NCBI GenBank assembly: GCA_010909165.1 | Contig: MU008197.1 | Coordinates: 124,001-188,000 of the forward strand | DNA: 64,000 nt | Source: Anthoceros angustus | Lineage: Eukaryota; Plantae; Anthocerotophyta | Direction: 5' to 3' | In this document: positions 38,101 to 49,575 of the stretch, in pieces | Position numbering within the stretch: the stretch's first letter is position 1 | Layout of the letters: each line of letters begins with the position of its first letter | Notes under the pieces: model-generated | What the model saw: only the letters and a program-made list of their open reading frames with translations | What the model was told of the DNA's origin: nothing | Database searches by the model: none | Program-made: the position numbers and the translations under genes

Positions 38101-38572
38101 CCCAGCTCCAGGCTCCAGTGCGCCAGCTTCCCTAACCTGAGCACCCATCTCCATTGTCCAGCCAGTTTCGTTTTGGGCACGCAGCCAGCCATGTGAACAT
38201 GTCCCTCATCCATCCCTCCAGTTGTCCACCATGCCTACACGGCTCTCCATACGGTATGGACAAAAGACAGGGTAACTGTCAGCCATGAACTTCAATGATG
38301 CAAAGCTCGGGACTCACGTTCAAAGCATCCCGAGACTGTCGTCTAACATCCTATTGGATAACATGACTTCATCGTCAGAAAAAGTTATTATCGGGAAAGT
38401 GTGACTGGAATGCATCACAACGGCAACTCGTAGCTACTGGATCATCAGGCAGCCACTGGGAGGAGACAAATTGTACCCCTCAGAAACTGATAGTCCGGGA
38501 ACCTTTGAAATCTGATTTGTCTCCCCCGTCCGGTGCGTCGGCAATCCGAAGACAGTGTGAAGGGTGCGGGAG

Positions 38573-40738
38573 ATGGCGACCGTCTCGGCGGAGGTGAATG
38601 GCCTGGCACAGCGCTTGGAAGGTGAGCTGGCTGTCACTGATGCCACAGTCGCAGAGCAGTTGGAGGAAGACAAGTATGCCGCGTACGCCAGGAAGGTTAC
38701 CACAGATGTCCGGAACGTTCAGAGAGAGAAGCTGAAAGAAATTTTGAGGCATAATGCCGGTTGCCAGTACCTGTCCAGCCTGGGTGTGGATGGAGACACA
38801 GACTTGGAGAGCTTCAAGAGGAAGGTGCCTATATCTTGCTACGAGGATATGCAAGAAAACATCAACCGCATGGCCAATGGCGAGATCACCAACTTCTACT
38901 CTGTTGATCCTATTATCTTCTTCATACAGAGGTGGTCCACTTTCAAAGGGTTGTTCAGCAGGTTGCAATAGGATTATACGGCCTCTCATAGGAAGGATGG
39001 TGTTTGATCATGTGTTGCAGCTCAGGTACTTCTGGAGGCAAAGCTAAGCTCCTGCCAATCACTGCTAGGAGAGCTGACAACTACCCCTTCCTCACTCAGC
39101 TTGCCGCGTCCACTTTCCAGAAGTGAGTAGGCATGTTGTGATGCTGCAAGGTAGCTGAGGATTCTGAGTCTGATGGATGTTCATGAACCTTATGTGGCTG
39201 ATGACCTGTGCAGGAGCTTCCCAGGCATAGAGAAAGGGAAGAACCTTACTTTTGCCTTTGTTGGGCAGCAGATCCGGACTCCCAGTGGCTTGATCGCCGG
39301 CCATGGATCCACCAACTTCTTCAAGAGTGATGCTTTCCGCAAGCGACCTTTTGATCCCAACAACGTGTTGGCCAGCCCAGATGCAGCCATTCTCTGTGAA
39401 GACTATCATCAGGTTTGGTCATGTGCTGTTGCTGTTGAAACGCACACTGGGTGGCATGCGTATGGCACTAGTTCCAGATGCTGACAAGGGCTTCCTCCAG
39501 GCCATGTACTCCCATCTCCTGTGCGGACTCTACCAGGCTGGAGAGATCACCAGGCTATCCGCTATCTTCGCTTCAACCATTGTGGCCGCGCTGCGCATTC
39601 TTCAGAGTTGTTGGAAGGAGATCTGCAAGGACATCTGCACCGGCACAGTCAGTTCCAGAATCACAGACCCAGAGCTCCGTCAAGCTGTATCCGAGCTTCT
39701 CCACCAGCCTAGGCCTGACCTGGCCCTGGCAGTGGAGACGGAGTGCGGAAAGGGATCATGGGAGGGCATTGTGCCCCGGCTGTGGCCGAACGTAGTGCTC
39801 ATGAGCGCGGTTACCACCGGCTCTATGCTGCAGTATGTGCCGGCCTTGCAATTCTTCGGAGGCAACGTGCCCTGCGCACCTCCAGGGTACGCCTCCGCTG
39901 AGAGCATGGTTCTTGGGTTGAATCTCTCACCTGTTTGTCCAGCGCAGGAGACGCGCTACGTGTTGTGGCCAGATTGCCAGTATTTCGAACTCCTACCTCT
40001 GAAGAATGGAGATGCCGCCAATGCCGATGCAGAAACCGTGGAATTAGCAGACGCAGTTGTGGGCGAGGAATACGAGCCTGTCCTGACTACCAACCATGGC
40101 AAGCTCTCTCATCAGACTGTTGGCCCCCGCCCATCCAGTGTTTGTATGTCAAGATTAAACGATCAGCTTTTTTGTTTTTGCTTCTGCCCACAGGACTGTA
40201 CCGCTACAGGCTGGGAGACGTGGTGAGGGTGGCAGGCTTCTACAATGCTACTCCTGAGGTACAGTTCGTGCGCAGGAAGAACGTGTTGCTGAGCATCCAC
40301 AATGACAAGACGGACGAGTCGGATCTCCAGGCAGCTGTAAGCAAGGCTGCAGAGCTGTTTCTGGCTCACAAGGTGGACATCGTGGATTTCAGTAGCTTTG
40401 CGGACGTTGCGTCTCATCCAGGCCACTACGTCCTCTTCTTGGAGCTCACGGACGGCGGTGAGCCTCTGGATCCTTCTCTCCTGCAGGAGTGTGTTTCCTT
40501 GCTGGACAGGTCTCTGCTCAATGAGATTTACATCGACAATAGGAGATCGGGTATCATAGGCCCATTGGAGCTTAGGGTTGTCAAACAAGGCACCTTTGAG
40601 CGCCTCATGTTCTTAGCCATGAGCCGAGGTGCTGCCCCCCAGCAGTACAAGACTCCCAGGTGTATCCAGTACGCCGAAGGAGTGCAGGTCCTAGACAGTG
40701 GGGTCACTCACAAGTTCCTCAGCTTGGCACAGTTTTGA
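38573..40738 (+). CDS. GH3: GH3 family acyl-acid amido synthetase, apparently intact, 5 exons
   Basis: SSGTSGGKAKLLP, WEGIVPRLWPN, YASAES, GLYRYRLGD, DKTDESDL, QYKTPRC; GT-AG introns. Confidence 0.92.
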
Positions 40739-40834
40739 GAGGAAACGGGTCGGAACTTGTCAGATGGTTGGAATTCCCCAGTTGCTTCAACTGGGACGAA
40801 TGGAAGATGGGCTGTGGAAAGAACGTCTGTTACA

Positions 40835-42560
40835 CTACGCAGGTACCCGCTCTTCCTCAGATCTTGAAGGAACTGTGAGAGGAGAAACTTCTCTTTTGCT
40901 GCCCGTGCTTTTCCTAGCCAAGTGACAGAAAAGAGCAACGGCTGACTCTGGTGTGCCTTGAATGACTCCATGGCCAACGTTGAGTATGTGTCGTCTTCCG
41001 CCAGCGTCAGATATGCACTGGGTCACTGCTTCCGATATTGCTTGTTCCGGCCCAAAAAGGACCATGGGATCCACATTTCCCTGGACGGATTAAATCAGGT
41101 GAGCTTACTCCGAACTGTAGGGAAACCGGAAACGGCTTAGGGGAGGAATTCCGATACAGACCTGCAAGACAGTCTCGTCTCCCAAGCATGTTCGAGCCCG
41201 TTGCATGTCAGTGCCCCAGTCCAAGCCCACAACATCCGCCCTTGTCCCGTCGGCAAGCAAGTGCAACTTTCCAGTTCCACCATTGGCATGGAAGATGAGA
41301 GGCGTGCTTGGGTAGGTTAATTTCACCCTGGTCATAAGCTCCTCAGCATACGGTAGACTGAACTCGGCAAATTGTCTGGGCGACAGATGATGCGCCCAGG
41401 AATCGAACAGCTGGACAATCTGCCGGTACGTGCCAAAGTCATGGGAAGATCGAGACGAAAGCAGGGAGCGCGAAGATCGAGCTAGTGATGGAGAAAGAGA
41501 CATCGTTGCCAGAGTGATACCTGAGCGCCGGAATCAATCTGATGGCAAACATACGTGAACAGAGCATCTGTGAGATGTCGCAAGAACTTGTGCAAAACCT
41601 CTGGTTCTGAAACACACGCCAATGCATCTTAGTAGAAAAGCACAAGAAACATCATCACAGCAGAATGATGCCATGTATTCCACAATCATGCGGCAATGCA
41701 CTGTGCTCAGAGCGTAAGAGAATCTACGATGCTGCATGATCCCCTTGGTCTTCACCAAACTCTTGTCTGCAGAGCCTTCCATAGCATAGGCTGCCAGAGT
41801 CCACGGAGTTCCAACAAACCCAAGAACTGCCGCCTCACCATTCACTTCCCTCCGCAGCGAAGACAGGATCTCCCTGATAAATGGCAACGCCTTGTCTGGA
41901 TCATCCAGCGATCTGCCAAACACGCCAAAGCCTTCACTTTCCCAGTAATGAGGCACTTCCCTCCCACAATTCCGCGTCTCCGAATCTAAAAGAGCTACCT
42001 CAGAGATGCTACATCCTCCAGCGTGCGCACGGGAGACGCAATGACAGGTCCCTTCCCTTTCACCATGTCAAACTCAATCCCCAGGGCCGGCAAAGGCGTG
42101 AGAATATCAGAGAACATGATCACTCCATCAGGCTGGAAGGACCGCCATGGCTGCAGAGAGAGCTCAATTGCAATGTCTGCCGTCTCCGACCTCTGCCGAA
42201 AGGGATACTTGTCACTAAACCTGAACAAGCAAAAACCAGCCTCAGGCTTGTGCACGAGCCCAACACAGCATTGCACCCAGCACCGACTGAAAAACGCGCT
42301 CCTACTTCCGGAAATCTGCCATATATCGCCCAGCTTGCCGCATGAGCCACACGGGTGTCCTCTCCGCATCTGCAAAATCGAATGCACATTTCTCCGTTTG
42401 TCATCCATCCGGCCCGAGCCCCACACTCTCGACATTGCTGAATCTCACCTTCTCCCCTGGCCACTCGGAGCAGCAAGGGAACCTTGCTCTGAGCGCTCGA
42501 ACAGGGCGAAACCTCGGTGGCAAGAGGCGATGCCACCAACCCGACCACAGCCATTGCCAT
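40835..42560 (-). CDS. HEME: Uroporphyrinogen decarboxylase, multi-exon; start approximate
   Basis: [82 protein letters not shown]. Confidence 0.93.
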
Positions 42561-42892
42561 TTTCTCCCGGCGCTGGGCGATTCTGTGCTAGCTCTGATCA
42601 CATCTCTTCAGGCGAGATTGCTGCACGCGACTATCCATTCCCGAGGTTCCTCCCAGTCAGAGTTCGTCTCTCCGAATCACGGGCTGGGTTGAAATGGAAT
42701 CACGGAGACACGGGATCCCGAGCCTACAGTAGTCTACTTACAATAGTAGCCCTAGCGATCACGAGTTTAGGTTTGGGAGAAACAGCAATGTGAACCAGCA
42801 TTGCATGCTTCGATGCTTGATGGCAAGGATGAATTGATGTAAGTTTCACTCGCTGCATCAGAATCGGAGCTTTGGAATCAAGTGGTTATGCG

Positions 42893-44962
42893 ATGTGGAG
42901 GCGATCGGGCAGCAACAGTGTCGTTCGCCTCCTGAAATCGTGTCTGGAAGGAGCTCCGGTTCGGCATGTCCCTGATCTGGGGCCCGGCAGAGAATGGGAG
43001 CATTTTGCTGGTGCAGGTGCAGGGTTGAGGTCTTGGACCGGGGGATGCAGTGACGATGAAACCAGAGAGTCCACTTCAGCCGGACATGGGTCTGTGAATT
43101 TCATGCCCAAGGGCTTGGGTTGTGCTTGGGATGATAATTCTAGGGCGTGCTCTGGGTCCAGCCTGAAGGCTGGTGGCAGACTGAGGGGGTCTGGTGGATG
43201 GGGATCTACGGTCGCTTTGCAGGGCTTGGCTTTGGGGACTGAATATGGTTATGGTCCGAGGAATGTGAGGTTTGCGAGCTCTGGGAGCGTGGGTGGGGAT
43301 GGGTTAGCATTTAGGGAGGAGGAAAGTGCGACAGATGTGGCTGCCATTTCTGATGCTGTAAGGGATTTGGCGGTCAATTCTGATGTTGCTACGTCGTCCG
43401 TTGTCGGAGAGGTGGCAGCAGCGGCCGCGGATTCTTCGTTTCCCACGGCGGCGTTGCAGTATTTGATTGAGTCGGTGCATTTGCAGTCGGGACTTCCTTG
43501 GTAAGCAGCGTAGCTGGGCCAGCATGGAGCTTAGCCATTGTTTTTTCATCTGGGGGATGGATGGAGGGAGCGACTGGTTTTTGGACTGTTGTTTGTCAGG
43601 TGGGCTTCGATAGCTGCTGTCACTGTCGCAATTCGGACGTTGGTGTTCCCAATTATGGTATATCAGATGAAGGCTACGGCAAGATTGACGGTCAGTGAGC
43701 CGACTAAGAAATACCGCCTGCACTTCATCCAGGTGTTTCAGGACCTTTGGGTCAGCAGTATTATATCGGTTTTCATAGCTGAACATGGCTCTTTGCACCT
43801 CTATGCAGATTCTGAGGCCAGACTTGGAGCGACTTTCAAACCTCATCAAAGCTTCTGTAAGTGCATCCTGCTTCAGCTGGCTCTTTTCTCAAAGGCTTCC
43901 ACATGTTTTGCCCATGCTGCTAACATGCTTACTGTTGTCTCGGCGCTCAGAACTACGATCCCCAGGTCGTTGCTGAGAACAAAGTACACATGAATGCCCT
44001 TCTCAAAAAGTAATTGTAGCCGACCTCGTGCCCATGCATCGGTCTGTAACCTGCCTTTGGTGCCTTGTGCTTGTCATATTGACTCCCATCGGCCATGCAC
44101 CTTGGCAGGCACAAAACCAGCCCATTTACTCCTATTCTTGGGGCCTTGGTTCAAGCCCCACTTTTTATGTGCTTCTTCTTTGCTGTAAGCATTTCCATCT
44201 CCCTATGCATTGTGTCACTGCCGGTTGTGCCCAATGTAGGATCCCAACTAATGGCTACCTTTTTGCAGATCAGGAACATGGCAGAAAAGGTTGAGTCTTT
44301 CAAAGAAGGGGGTGCTCTTTGGTTCACCGACCTGTCAACACCCGATCCTTTCTACATCCTGCCTATACTCTCCGGCGTCCTATTCCTCATAACTGTGGAG
44401 GTTGGGCTCAGCCTCTGATTCCTACCAAAGTTCACAATATCAGAGCCAAAACTCCATCCGACCATTAACTGTGATTTGCTTGTCTTCAGATTGGAGCAGC
44501 AGAAGGAATGCAAGGTCAGCCAATCATGGGAAAGATGAAAATGTTCCTGCGAGGGCTAGCTGTTGCCATGGTCCCTCTAACAGCATCGTTTCCGAAGGTA
44601 CCATCCTCACCTTGCTCACTCCCTTGCTCACATTCCACCAAGCGAACGAACCTGTCCTCATCCACATTCCTGCAGGCACTCTTTTGCTACTGGCTCACTG
44701 CGAACGTCTTCTCCATGGCGCAAACCACGTGTAAGTCAGGAGCTCACTCGTCGTACGTACGTGGCATTGCCTGATAACACACACTCCGTTCTAATCTTAC
44801 TCCTTTGTGTCTCCAGTACTGAAGAACCCACACTTGAAGAAGGCGTTGGACATCCCTGACACAAGTCACCTAGACCCATCCAAAGTAGCTGGCCCTGTAG
44901 TGACTTTCAGTCAGCCGCCGAAACAGGCCAAAAACAGGAAGGCTGCTAGCAGAAAACAGTGA
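42893..44962 (+). CDS. OXA1: Mitochondrial inner-membrane insertase OXA1 (YidC/Oxa1/Alb3 family), multi-exon
   Basis: LQYLIESVHLQSGLPW|WASIAAVTVAIR, VQAPLFMCFFFA|IRNMAEKVESFKEGGALWFTDLSTPDP, FCYWLTANVFS; stop at 44960-44962. Confidence 0.92.
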
Positions 44963-45096
44963 GTGAGTCATTTCAGTCCGACTCTCGGACTCCTCAAATT
45001 ATCGTCTGCCAGAAATTTTGTCCTCTGAAACGGTTTCCATCTTTAGCACGCCAGCCACAAGCAGCAGACAATCCTTAACTACGGGCTAGCAACTCG

Positions 45097-45180
45097 CCAC
45101 GTCACGCGAGCATCGGGCGTCGGCCAATGAGAGAGTCTCAGGGAATCGACGGTGAGGCCGTGCCGCCTGAGGATGGATAA
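45097..45180 (+). promoter_or_regulatory. Putative light-responsive elements upstream of plastocyanin
   Basis: CCACGTCA 45097-45104, CCAAT 45124-45128 and GGATAA 45175-45180, 110-195 bp upstream of the ATG; short motifs, function inferred. Confidence 0.4.
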
Positions 45181-45291
45181 TGGCTTTAATCTTCGCCACT
45201 CGCACTCTTTACATGTACAAGGCAGAGCAGCCGATCTAACGTATCACAGATCCCGAGCCCCTCACGCTCCAGCTAGCAATTGTGGTGAGCA

Positions 45292-45807
45292 ATGGCGTCC
45301 ATGACTGCCGCTACCTCCGTGGCCGTGCCGTCGTTCTGCGGCCTCAGGGCCGAGCAGGCCGCCGTGAGCACCTGCTCCCGCGTCGCGATGGCGCCAGTCT
45401 CGGCCAGGCCAGTGGCAGTGCGCGCTTCCATGGAGACCGTCGTCTCCAAGGTCCGCAACGCTGCCTTGGCCGGCGTGGCCGCCACGCTGCTGCTCACCGG
45501 CTCCGCTGAAGCCGTCACCGTGAAGATGGGAACCGACACCGGCGCCCTCGCCTTTGTCCCTAGCACCATCACGGTTTCCGTAGGCGAGACCGTCGACTTC
45601 GTCAACAACAAGGGCTTCCCTCACAATGTTGTCTTCGATGAGGATGAGTGCCCGGCAGGCATTGACGTCGATGCGATTTCCAGCCCTGATTACCTCAACG
45701 GCCCCGGTGAGACCTACAGCGTCACCTTCTCTAAAGCTGGAGAGTACAACTTCTACTGCGAACCTCACCAAGGAGCCGGCATGGTTGGGAAGGTCATCGT
45801 CAACTAG
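45292..45807 (+). CDS. PETE: Plastocyanin precursor, intronless
   Basis: Bipartite transit peptide ending AEA; Cu ligands in FPHNVVF and [10 protein letters not shown]. Confidence 0.97.
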   Translation: MASMTAATSVAVPSFCGLRAEQAAVSTCSRVAMAPVSARPVAVRASMETVVSKVRNAALAGVAATLLLTGSAEAVTVKMGTDTGALAFVPSTITVSVGETVDFVNNKGFPHNVVFDEDECPAGIDVDAISSPDYLNGPGETYSVTFSKAGEYNFYCEPHQGAGMVGKVIVN

Positions 45808-46291
45808 ATCTATTCATTCTTCTAGTCTTGTGTAGTAATCAGGATGCGCATCTTGCATCTGTAAATTATCTTCTCACATCTAAGGATGGCGGATGCAATG
45901 AGATGTTGCTTCCCTTTCTGACTCATTCGGTCTTCTGCCATTTTTTCTCCTCTCCTCCGGAGCTCCTCTGGAATCTGATGTTGAGATTTGCTTGCGGTCG
46001 TGTAATCCTCCGGCCATATGTGTCTTCTCCTGAGCCTGTGGCTGTCAGAGTTGTAGAGATGTTGTAAATCGTCCTTCTTGCCTGCCTCTCGACATCCTGG
46101 AAGGTCAGGTGCTAAGGGAGAAGAAAGCAGCGAGGACTGTCATCGCACGCTTTCTGATGCGGGGCCGGTACTCATTCTTGCTGATCAGCAACCCTAGGCT
46201 TGTGAGAGTGGTTTGTCTCTCGTCCCTCGTTCATTTGGTTTGTATGTGTATCTGGATTCTGGTTCTCCTGGCAGTTCCTGTTGTGACGTCC

Positions 46292-46800
46292 ATGTCGGCT
46301 GCGATGCGGGTGTCTCCATCCCTGTGCTCCTTCATAACAGTGCAGGCGGAGGCGAGCTTCTCACGCCGCACCGTACTTCTGCCTCTGTCGAGCATCAACT
46401 CCGCGGTGCGCGTTTCAGCGCAGGGCGCGTTCTGATCCGAAATGAGCAAGGTGGCCATGGCTTCAGTGGCCGCCACGCCGGTGTTTGCCGGGGCAGGGAG
46501 TGCCTCCACCACTGTCAAGATGGGGGCTGACAGCGGCAAGTTCAGGTTTGTGCCTGATGTGGTGCAGGTCCCTGTTGGTGAGAATGTGGTGTTCGTCAAC
46601 CACAGGGGCTCTCCCCACAACGTTCTCTTCGTTCCGGTTGTATTTCCTGAGGGAGTGGATGTTGGTGAACTGTCTAGTGATTACAGTGACGGGCCCGGTG
46701 ATTCATACTCAGGTCACTTTTTCCCAGTCTTGAATTTACAACTACTGCTGTGAGCCTCATGTGGTAGACGGCATAATGGGGCAAGACTGTTGTCAGACAA
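46292..46800 (+). pseudogene. PETE: Plastocyanin pseudogene (tandem duplicate)
   Basis: Transit-like region with in-frame TGA at 46433-46435, then VKMGADSG..FVP..SPHNVLF; frameshift before YNYCCEPH. Confidence 0.85.
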
Positions 46801-48004
46801 CAGATGTGACGCTAGACCAAAAAAATGAGGATGTGATCTGATCCGTCAATCGTACCTGTACTTCAGCGACCAGAAGTTAACACGGCGGCTGGTTCCCTTC
46901 CATTTCCACTACCGGATGGTTGCCTCGTCCGTCGCGATAAGTCCAAGGAGTCACTTCCAGGGTTCATTGGAACTTTTCAGTCGAGCGTCCTTGGGACGGA
47001 TGAGTATTAAGATGGGATGCCATCCATTACCCAGCTATAAATTACGCCCTCGGGCACATTTGGGCCGATAGTTGTTAATACCCTAAGGGTTACTCCATAT
47101 TAGAACCACCAGTGTACAACGATTAAAACGATTAAAACCTCAATTGTTAGTGCCCTACAGATACTCCATGTATATTTTAAAATATCTATATAAAGTCTTT
47201 GAATTCTCTTGAAAAAAGACATAACCCCAATAAAAACCTCCAGTATAACCTCGATTAAGACGTCCAATTGTTAGTGCTCTATGGGATTACTCCAAATTAA
47301 ACTCCAAGTGCAAGACTGCCATGTATCCTTTGAAATATTCATATAAAGTCTATGAATTCTCTAAAAATTAAAAGAGCACTTCACGGTCCGATTCCCTCGC
47401 CCGCCTACCAATTTCGTTGGATTCATCGTTATGTGACCACCTTCTATTTGCACAATGGACCACCTTCCATTTGCAATGGAAGAAAATGTATTTCCGCCCG
47501 CAAGAGTGCCTGCAGCATTCTCAAGATGGGGACACCTTGCCCTAGTTCGATGGAAATTGGAAAGAAAGAACTACCTACCTATTTGAAAAATAACATGGAA
47601 ATATAGAGCACACTTGACCCCATATGTTATTCATAGCTAGCACCCTAAGTCAGATCACCATAGGTAGGATAGGGTACTAGCCAGCCCTTGTTTTAAAAAA
47701 GGCCTGCAAGGCCGCTTATTGCAAAAAAGTCTTATGCGGCCGCCTTATGGGGCTACTCTAATTATAAGTGAAATCCACAATCAAGTTGACTAAAAATATT
47801 TATCTCCAATTATACTGCTACTAGTATATTTACAATGATATATGTGATATCTAAACAACACCACATGATCGCTTATTCTTGTCACTTCTTATCACCTCAC
47901 ATGCTACATGATCGGGTTGTGTATTAATCAGGTAGGCACATGCCACATAACATTTCAAGCTAATTCAAACTCTTATAGCATAGATAAAGCTTACTTAATG
48001 ATCA

Positions 48005-48908
48005 TCAGTTATGTCTCTTTCTCTTTAAAGGGTTGTTAGAACCACTAACACAATCGGATTCATGTACTCTCAAGTACTTGGCAAACTCCTGAAAATTTGT
48101 AATAGCTGCCACCTCTGGACTTTTCATGTATTCTAAATAATTCCAAGGAGAAAAGTTGAGTCTAATCTTGGACCTCGTCCCAGTGGTAGGGTGAACGAAT
48201 GGTGTGTACCCTCCCAAATACATCTTGATACACATCTTGTCTGCCGCTTGTCCAGCCTTCACGTCAGTTACATAGCTTCCAAGATAATGGTGGTATCCAG
48301 TTCGCCCATGTGATCTTTTGTCGTAGGAAAAGGGCTCCCATACTCGAGCCTCTTTAATCCCCCTTGTTGAATGCGCGGTGACGTGATAGTAGCGTTCTTT
48401 ACCCCTGCGCTTCTCCGATCCTTTCCCAACTACGAGGAAATCACAGTTCATGAGAGCCTCAATCTTAGCAGCTATGTTGCCTTTCTCTTTCTCTTCCTCC
48501 AAGTTCGGTATCGATAATTGCAATGTTTTGATTTCCTACACAAGTTTCAAAAGTGTTAGCATTATTTCATATCTAAAATGTAATAATGAATAATCTACTA
48601 GCTCATTTGCTGATTGTTTTTTTCTCTAATACTAATAGAGAAAAACAAAAACAATTCGAACATACCTCAAGGCCATCGAAAAAATTGTAGCTCTCCATCA
48701 CTTCAGCTAATGAAAGGTAGTTTTCAAAAGCAAAAGATAAATGAGCTTGAGAAAGAAGTTTGTCTTCTAACTCTTTTGTGAAAGGATCATCACTAATGTA
48801 CTTCTTACTCTTGTAACATGGATCATTATATCCCGAACAGGGAAATGGTGTCCAATTGCATGTGAGATCACACTGCAAATCACCTTTCAACTCTTCCCAT
48901 GGTTCCAT
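48005..48908 (-). CDS. Divergent single-AP2-domain protein, 2 exons (48908-48666, 48535-48005)
   Basis: Phase-0 GT-AG intron joins FFDGLE|EIKTLQLSIP in frame; RYYHVTAHSTRGIKEARVWE..YLGSY..AGQAAD..RLNF..NY..QEFAKYLR parallels AP2/ANT repeat 1 plus linker; C-terminal KRKR. Start codon uncertain. Confidence 0.65.
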
Positions 48909-49199
48909 CTTGTCACACAATGTGCAGGGAAACAAAATTCAAAAGACACAATTACTTAGACATGAAATAGTTTAAAAGCTATGTAAACTCCGAACACAAG
49001 TAAGTTGACAGCTTAGAAGGCAAGACAACTCAAAAGCAAGATAGTTCAAACAACATCCTAGCTCAGAGGACAAGAGAACAGAAGAAACAAGTATGAGAAA
49101 ACAAGACAACTCATTCTATTAGACAAATCAAGCACTTGAGAAATAATGAAAGCTATGAAGAGTGAACATATGAATTATTCAGCTCACATATATACTGAA

Positions 49200-49575
49200 A
49201 AGTCTCGCTAGTATTTTCATAAAAATGAAAAGAAGTCTCGCTACTGTCTATGTATTATATGATTTTACTATATTTTATGTTAAATGAGACTAAACACTTA
49301 GGAGTATATAGAAGAAAGAGGGTTTTTATTGAGGTGAAAAACCGATGGGAAAAGCCCATCCATGAGGGGACAACCAAAGGGGACCAAGGGGTCGAGTTGG
49401 AGAGGAGCAACTAAGCTCCTATAGAAGAAATATCTTAAAACTTATTTTTTATGATATAGAACTCGCTAGTATTTAAAAAAAAAACAGAAAGTCTTGCTAA
49501 TATCTTTTGCATTATATGTTTATTTATTTATCTTGTAAATGGAGCTAGAAACTTAGGAGTATATGGAAGAAATAC
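49200..49575. repeat. Diverged ~120 bp direct repeat pair in AT-rich island
   Basis: CTCGCTAGTATTT..GTCT(C/T)GCTA..ACTTAGGAGTATAT(A/G)GAAGAAA at ~49204-49318 and ~49462-49572. Confidence 0.65.
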
